This document shows, in pieces, positions 51,813-56,249 of a DNA stretch of 56,249 nucleotides. Source of the DNA: Candidatus Kaiserbacteria bacterium (GTDB lineage Bacteria > Patescibacteriota > Minisyncoccia > Phycocordibacterales > UBA2100); assembly GCA_016186695.1 (NCBI GenBank), contig JACPLC010000009.1:1-56249 (forward strand), given 5' to 3'. The notes beneath the pieces were generated by a model. That model saw nothing but the letters and a program-made list of their open reading frames with translations. It was not told the origin of the DNA and did not search any database. Within the stretch, counting starts at the first letter, position 1, and each line of letters begins with the position of its first letter. A program made the translations under genes and the position numbers.

Positions 51813-51830
51813 AGTATGATATATCATACT
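51813..51830. promoter_or_regulatory. Second copy of the 18-bp palindrome AGTATGATATATCATACT
   Basis: Identical to 51355-51372. It begins 2 nt after the stop codon of the TrpR-like gene. Confidence 0.55.
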
Positions 51831-51879
51831 GGTTGGCGAAATGTTGCCCTTTGCTCGGAACTTGGTACATTTTGAGCGC

Positions 51880-51955
51880 GGGCCAGTAGTTCAGTGGTAC
51901 CCGCCCGACCGGACGACTCCGGTCGTTCGGGCGGGGAGCGTCTCATTTGCAATGT
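51880..51955 (+). pseudogene. 5'-half relic of a tRNA-Ala(UGC)-like gene, D-loop disrupted by a family-A repeat
   Basis: GGGCCAGTAGTTCAGTGGTA[36-nt repeat]GAGCGTCTCATTTGCAATGT aligns with positions 1-41 of the intact tRNA-Ala downstream. No T-arm or 3' acceptor follows. Confidence 0.7.
51900..51935. repeat. Family-A hairpin repeat inside the tRNA relic
   Basis: 36/36 identical to 47790-47825. Confidence 0.85.
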
Positions 51956-52198
51956 ATGCGATACGTTGTCTATGTTCTGAGAGACTCAGCTGGCCATCTG
52001 TATAAAGGGATGACGCGAGATTTACCAAATCGCTTGAAAGAGCATCGGAAGGGTACAACGCGAACTACTTCTCGAATGAAGGATCTGTCTGTTGCGTATA
52101 CCGAAGAGTTTGATACGTTTGATGCTGCAAGAAAACGAGAGCTTTACTTCAAATCAGCTGCGGGGAGACGTTTTCTTGCAAAGAAGCTGGGCCCTTAG
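51956..52198 (+). CDS. Stand-alone GIY-YIG nuclease-domain protein (80 aa)
   Basis: YVVYVLRDSAGHLYKGMTRDLPNRLKEHRKG...AARKRELYFKS. The stop overlaps nt 8-10 of the tRNA-Ala. Confidence 0.75.
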   Translation: MRYVVYVLRDSAGHLYKGMTRDLPNRLKEHRKGTTRTTSRMKDLSVAYTEEFDTFDAARKRELYFKSAAGRRFLAKKLGP

Positions 52199-52261
52199 CT
52201 TAGTTGGTAGAGCGCCACATTTGCAATGTGGAGGTCACCGGTTCGAATCCGGTAGGGTCCA
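52189..52261 (+). tRNA. tRNA-Ala (anticodon UGC)
   Basis: Hand-folded cloverleaf: acceptor GGGCCCT/AGGGTCC with G3:U70, D-arm GCTT/GAGC, anticodon arm CCACA-TTTGCAA-TGTGG, variable loop AGGTC, T-arm ACCGG-TTCGAAT-CCGGT, discriminator A. No encoded CCA. Confidence 0.9.
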
Positions 52262-52282
52262 CAAAACTGGTATCATGGTGGT

Positions 52283-52903
52283 ATGGTCAATCCGTTAGAC
52301 GCAAGGCTCAAATGGGCGATCATTTTCGGGTTTTGTTACTTAATGTCGGTGGTTATCATGGCAACGACATTGCGGGCAATAGGCACCCTCGTGCCCGCGA
52401 ACACTGTTGAATACTATTTCAACTTTTTCCTCTTCGCGCTCGGATTATTGCCTTTTTTCGCGACCTTAATTCTGACTATTCGCGGATACATATACCTGTC
52501 CGAAAAATATGGCAAGGCCGCGCTTAAAGTAGGGGCGTGGATATTTTCAGTTTCGGCGGGAATGCTGTATGTACTCATCTTGCTGGATTCATTCGAAATG
52601 GGAACACGTGCTGATACCCGGTTTGCCGATACACTCATAGGGCTTGTCATGACGTTCTACGTTATCGGATTGATCGTTATGGGAATTGGCAGTTACTGGC
52701 TCAAGAGCAGGCTTGGTAATGTCGTTTTCGGAACCACTGGCCTCGGTCTGCTCATACTACTGGAAATCCTAGTCGTGACGCCTCTTTTCATCGCGGGGAA
52801 TGATGCACCTGCCTTTGCGACTTGGTACGTATGGTACCCCGTCTACGAGTCGCTGTTTGTCATTGCTAGCATGGCTCTCTTTTATCGAGCGATGCGCGAT
52901 TGA
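52283..52903 (+). CDS. Hypothetical multi-pass membrane protein
   Basis: About 6 TM helices. TGGTATCAT lies 6 nt upstream of the ATG. No family recognised. Confidence 0.5.
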   Translation: MVNPLDARLKWAIIFGFCYLMSVVIMATTLRAIGTLVPANTVEYYFNFFLFALGLLPFFATLILTIRGYIYLSEKYGKAALKVGAWIFSVSAGMLYVLILLDSFEMGTRADTRFADTLIGLVMTFYVIGLIVMGIGSYWLKSRLGNVVFGTTGLGLLILLEILVVTPLFIAGNDAPAFATWYVWYPVYESLFVIASMALFYRAMRD

Positions 52904-52955
52904 TTTCCACTTCGTGTCATTGCTAGAGAGCTGAGAACGCGCGATTATTTAGGTA

Positions 52956-55589
52956 ATGAATGAACCTCGGAGCAGAGGGAAGCTTTCTGCTATAGCCGGA
53001 ATTCTTTTCGTGCTCTCACTTGCGGGCGTGATACTCGAAGTTCGCATGGTCACCACGCAACTTGGCAGCGAGCCGGTGTTAACAGAAGCTGATTCGACCG
53101 CCGAACTTGCCTCTGTTGTCCTTGCCGACACAACCGCAGCCCCTGCGAAAGCTGCGAAACCAACCGAGTATGAGTGTGATCCCGGACAAGTCCAAATGGT
53201 TTATCAAGAAAAGAAAGACTCCGAATCCAAGGTCTTGATATTTAATTGCTACGTAAAGGATAAAACTACCAGAAAAATGGTGCCGAGTGGCACCAAAGGG
53301 AAAGGCTGCGTATTCATGCCGGAAGAAAAGGCTAAGCAATGTGTCGTCGTCTTCTGTCCGCCAGCAGGAATGTTTGCGAGTAATAAGAAAGGAACATGCA
53401 TCGAAGTTAATTGCCAGGGACAGAACAGGCCGCAGTGCCTGAACAAAACAGTCGAAAGGTCGGCAACAGCGAATGGAACTGCTGCCGTCATCGCACAAAC
53501 CTTTTTTGCCGACAAAGCCAAGACAGCAGCAGTCACTCTCAATTCGGAAGGGGTAAACGGCGATGAGTTCTTAAGCAGAGTCTTAAATCCCGACGCTAGA
53601 AAAGAGGTGGAGGGTCAGATCCGTGCTCTAGAGGGAGATGAGGCTGCCATCGATAAAATAGCTAAAATTGCCGGAGAAGGGGTCGCGCCATGTGTGCTGG
53701 CGAAAGATGCCGCGTGCACACCCGCTATTCAACTTAATAAAAATCTCGTGGATGCAGCTCGACTCGACGCGTGCAAGACGAATCCCGCGGCATGCCAAGG
53801 CGGAGGTGGAGGAGGAGACGCAAGCGAGCGACCGACGATGCGAATCCCCGGCGGCGCGGGATTGCCACCACCACCTCTGCGGCCACCGCAACAGCAGCAG
53901 CAACAGCCGCCAGCGTCCTCACAATCATTCCAATGCACATCACAGCCGCAGCCTCCGACACCGTGCACAGGCGGCACGTGGCAGCCGCAACACGGAGCAG
54001 GTAACTGCATCACGGGTTGGATCTGCGCACCCACAGGCTCTCCGCCTCCGCCAGCCCCGCCGCCCGCGCCTGTCATCGCGCTTGTCGCCAATCCTTCGAC
54101 TATTTCTGCGAGCTCAACATCGCTTCTCGGCTGGGTGACGGTCGGTATGCAGTCGTGCCTGATCTCGAGTCCAGCGCAGCCTGCCTTTACCGCAGAACAT
54201 GCGAACAATACAAGCGTGAGTGGAACCGCGAGAACCCCGCCGCTCGCAACATCTACTCCTTTTGTACTGACCTGTAAGACCGCGGGCGGAGACACAAAAG
54301 CCGCGACGACGACCGTGAACGTGACTGTAGCCTCGTCGAACGTGCAGGAATCCCAGCTTGCTTCCGCGGTACTTGCCCAACTGAACCAACGAAAGGCAGG
54401 GACAGCACAAAAAGAGCAATGCAATCCCGGCCAAGTGCAGACTATACGGTCGGGAACAGCTGGCGGGAATGCGAAAGCAACTCCCAGTACGTGCTTCAGA
54501 AACGGAAAAGTCGACTCAGGAGTTGCGAGGGATCAATATTGTGGGATTGCAAAACCCGATCGCTGTGTTGTGCAGTACTGTTACCCCAAAACTTCTTCCA
54601 GAAATAGGCAGTTTGAAGTCTGTCAGGAAGCGAAATGTCAGAACCAGTCCGATGCAGAATGTTTCAGACGCGAGCTCGCGAGAGCATCTGAAGGTCCTGT
54701 GGCCATGCTGCGTGACAAAGCAGAGAACGATCCAAATGCCACGGCAATCAAATACGGAAAAAATGGTCAAGTCGATATCAGTGAGCGACTCACCCAAGCA
54801 TTGAGCAAAGAGATGGCGGAGCCACTTCGTGAGAGCGTGAAGGGGACAAGCGCATTCGATCGCATCAGCGGATTTGCGAATAATCTTGAACAAGGGAAGC
54901 CATCGTGCACGAACTGCAAGGAGACAGTTCAATTGAACAAAGACATCAACGAAGCGTTTCGGCTTGCTGGCAAGCCACCACCGAAGGGGCCCGGGACGCA
55001 GGCGGGACCGGGAACGCAGACAGGGCCGCAGTCGGATAACACAGGATTCAAATTTCCCAATATCACTAAAGAGCCGAGCGGCACCGACGTCTTGGCATGG
55101 ATGTCCAGGCTTTTCGGAGCTGACAAACCGAAGCAGCAGCCACCACCCCGCCCCGGCGGTGGAGGAACGCCCTGCATCAGCACACCGCAGCCGCCAGCTT
55201 CGCAGTGTCAGGGCGGGTCGTGGGAGTCGGCTTCCCCGGCAAGCTCTGCAGAAAGTTCAGGGGGAAACTTTTCGGGAAGCTCTTCCGGAAGCTGTACCAC
55301 CAACTGGCGCTGTGTCATCCCGCGGATTATTTCGTACAAGGCGGTTCCGGAAAGCGTTACATCCGGAGAGACCGTAAACATCGGATGGATTACCGAGGGG
55401 ATGAAATCGTGCATCATAGGAAGTCCCGATCTTCCAGCGTGGACCGAAGAAAACAAATCCTACACAAACGAGGACGGAACCGTGAAGACGCCAGCGCTCA
55501 CAGCCACAACCCGCTTCGAGCTCAAGTGCACGACGAAGGCGGGAGCGGCGTTCCCCGTCAAACTGCTTTCCGTCGGAGTCCTTCCTTGA
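52956..55589 (+). CDS. Large secreted/surface Cys-rich protein with internally duplicated architecture
   Basis: N-terminal signal anchor. Two copies of [C(D/N)PGQVQ Cys-rich module ... P/Q-rich linker ... Cys knot ... ~90-aa beta-sandwich-like domain]. Confidence 0.6.
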   Translation: MNEPRSRGKLSAIAGILFVLSLAGVILEVRMVTTQLGSEPVLTEADSTAELASVVLADTTAAPAKAAKPTEYECDPGQVQMVYQEKKDSESKVLIFNCYVKDKTTRKMVPSGTKGKGCVFMPEEKAKQCVVVFCPPAGMFASNKKGTCIEVNCQGQNRPQCLNKTVERSATANGTAAVIAQTFFADKAKTAAVTLNSEGVNGDEFLSRVLNPDARKEVEGQIRALEGDEAAIDKIAKIAGEGVAPCVLAKDAACTPAIQLNKNLVDAARLDACKTNPAACQGGGGGGDASERPTMRIPGGAGLPPPPLRPPQQQQQQPPASSQSFQCTSQPQPPTPCTGGTWQPQHGAGNCITGWICAPTGSPPPPAPPPAPVIALVANPSTISASSTSLLGWVTVGMQSCLISSPAQPAFTAEHANNTSVSGTARTPPLATSTPFVLTCKTAGGDTKAATTTVNVTVASSNVQESQLASAVLAQLNQRKAGTAQKEQCNPGQVQTIRSGTAGGNAKATPSTCFRNGKVDSGVARDQYCGIAKPDRCVVQYCYPKTSSRNRQFEVCQEAKCQNQSDAECFRRELARASEGPVAMLRDKAENDPNATAIKYGKNGQVDISERLTQALSKEMAEPLRESVKGTSAFDRISGFANNLEQGKPSCTNCKETVQLNKDINEAFRLAGKPPPKGPGTQAGPGTQTGPQSDNTGFKFPNITKEPSGTDVLAWMSRLFGADKPKQQPPPRPGGGGTPCISTPQPPASQCQGGSWESASPASSAESSGGNFSGSSSGSCTTNWRCVIPRIISYKAVPESVTSGETVNIGWITEGMKSCIIGSPDLPAWTEENKSYTNEDGTVKTPALTATTRFELKCTTKAGAAFPVKLLSVGVLP

Positions 55590-55683
55590 GCGCAGGCGGT
55601 AAATGTTTTGCAGTATGCGCGTCTCCAATCACAGTGCTATGATGAGCACAAAGGTCGTTATTAGTTCTCAATAATGGCTTGCT

Positions 55684-55935
55684 ATGGCGGAAAAACAGGT
55701 TGGAACGGTTACGCATTGGTACGACAAGCTTGGCGTGGCCGTTGTGAAGCTCTCGGGGAAGCTCGCCAAGGGCGCGCGCATCAAGGTGAAGAAGGGCGAG
55801 GAGGAATTTGAGGATACTGTTGCCTCTCTCCAAATCGATCACAAAGATGTCGCATCCGCGAAAAAGGGCGACGATGCCGCGATGAAGCTCTCGCAACGGG
55901 CGAAGGAAGGCTCAGGAGTCTTTCTCGCAGAGTAG
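55684..55935 (+). CDS. EF-Tu domain-2-like beta-barrel small protein
   Basis: VGTVTHWYDKLGVAVVKLSGKLAKGARIKVKKGEEEFEDTVASLQIDHKDVASAKKGDDAAMKL resembles a translation-factor domain II barrel. Confidence 0.5.
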   Translation: MAEKQVGTVTHWYDKLGVAVVKLSGKLAKGARIKVKKGEEEFEDTVASLQIDHKDVASAKKGDDAAMKLSQRAKEGSGVFLAE

Positions 55936-55983
55936 TTGTTTCTCGTACGTCAAACACCTCTCATTGGAGGCGTATCTATTTAT

Positions 55984-56152
55984 TATGATTGGAAAATGGA
56001 TTCTGGGTATTGCCGCGCTGTTTTTCTTCGCGGGTCTAGTTTACATTGTGCAACCGTTCCCCGATTCGGGAGGAAGTCATGAAGCGGTCGATACGGAAAG
56101 GCCAGAATTGAATGTAGCCACCTCAAGCTCAATCATTACCATCCCACCCTAG
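55984..56152 (+). CDS. Small membrane protein (candidate)
   Basis: MIGKWILGIAALFFFAGLVYIV TM helix. TATCTA lies 6 nt upstream of the ATG. Confidence 0.3.
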
Positions 56153-56249
56153 CCCGATTCCGGCTTTGTGTCGGCCTCGGAGTCGCATGTCGAGGCCAAG
56201 AGCGAGCGTGCCGTTGTCTCTGCTGTGGGAGATGTTTGCACCGGCACGG

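Overview
Gene-dense, moderately GC-rich bacterial chromosomal segment made up almost entirely of housekeeping genes. The small gene sizes, many short hypothetical membrane or secreted proteins and patchy metabolism suggest a reduced genome, possibly a CPR/Patescibacteria-like organism; that placement is inference only.

Recognisable content:
- Helicase and amino-acid genes: DEAD-box helicase, lysC, asd, a proC-like gene with one in-frame TAG, gdhA, an aminotransferase.
- Sugar metabolism: a zwf-gnd fusion ORF, an IMPase-family gene, a cupin-type phosphoglucose isomerase.
- An isolated hisG-hisI-hisE module.
- Nucleotide and cofactor synthesis: purF, pyrB, carA-carB, pdxS-pdxT.
- Envelope and lipid genes: PAP2 phosphatase, dgkA, murB, ddl.
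- Translation, repair and other: lysS, msrA, tyrS, uvrB, uvrA, uvrC, an ArsR+SRPBCC pair, an M29 aminopeptidase.
- One tRNA-Ala(UGC).
- An 877-aa Cys-rich secreted protein.

I saw no rRNA, CRISPR array, transposase or integrase.

Main observations:
1. Several families of short GC-rich palindromic repeats sit in frame inside conserved genes (lysC, uvrA x2, uvrB, uvrC x2, carA x2, carB, possibly msrA). They occur in both orientations and never introduce a stop codon.
2. A small GIY-YIG ORF lies between a decayed 5' half-copy of tRNA-Ala (itself hit by one of the repeats) and an intact tRNA-Ala. The unit is bounded by a 12-nt direct repeat in the anticodon loop.
3. At about 18 genes a TATACT-like -10 box sits 5-9 nt upstream of the start codon with no Shine-Dalgarno, implying mostly leaderless mRNAs. 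A few genes instead carry long leaders with mutually exclusive helices (helicase, zwf-gnd).
4. A leaderless 20-codon micro-ORF followed by two terminator-like hairpins precedes an amino-acid-kinase-like + GNAT-like gene pair, next to the orphan hisGIE module.
5. A TrpR/YerC-like gene is flanked on both sides by an identical 18-bp perfect palindrome.

All calls come from reading the sequence and motif memory. No searches were run.
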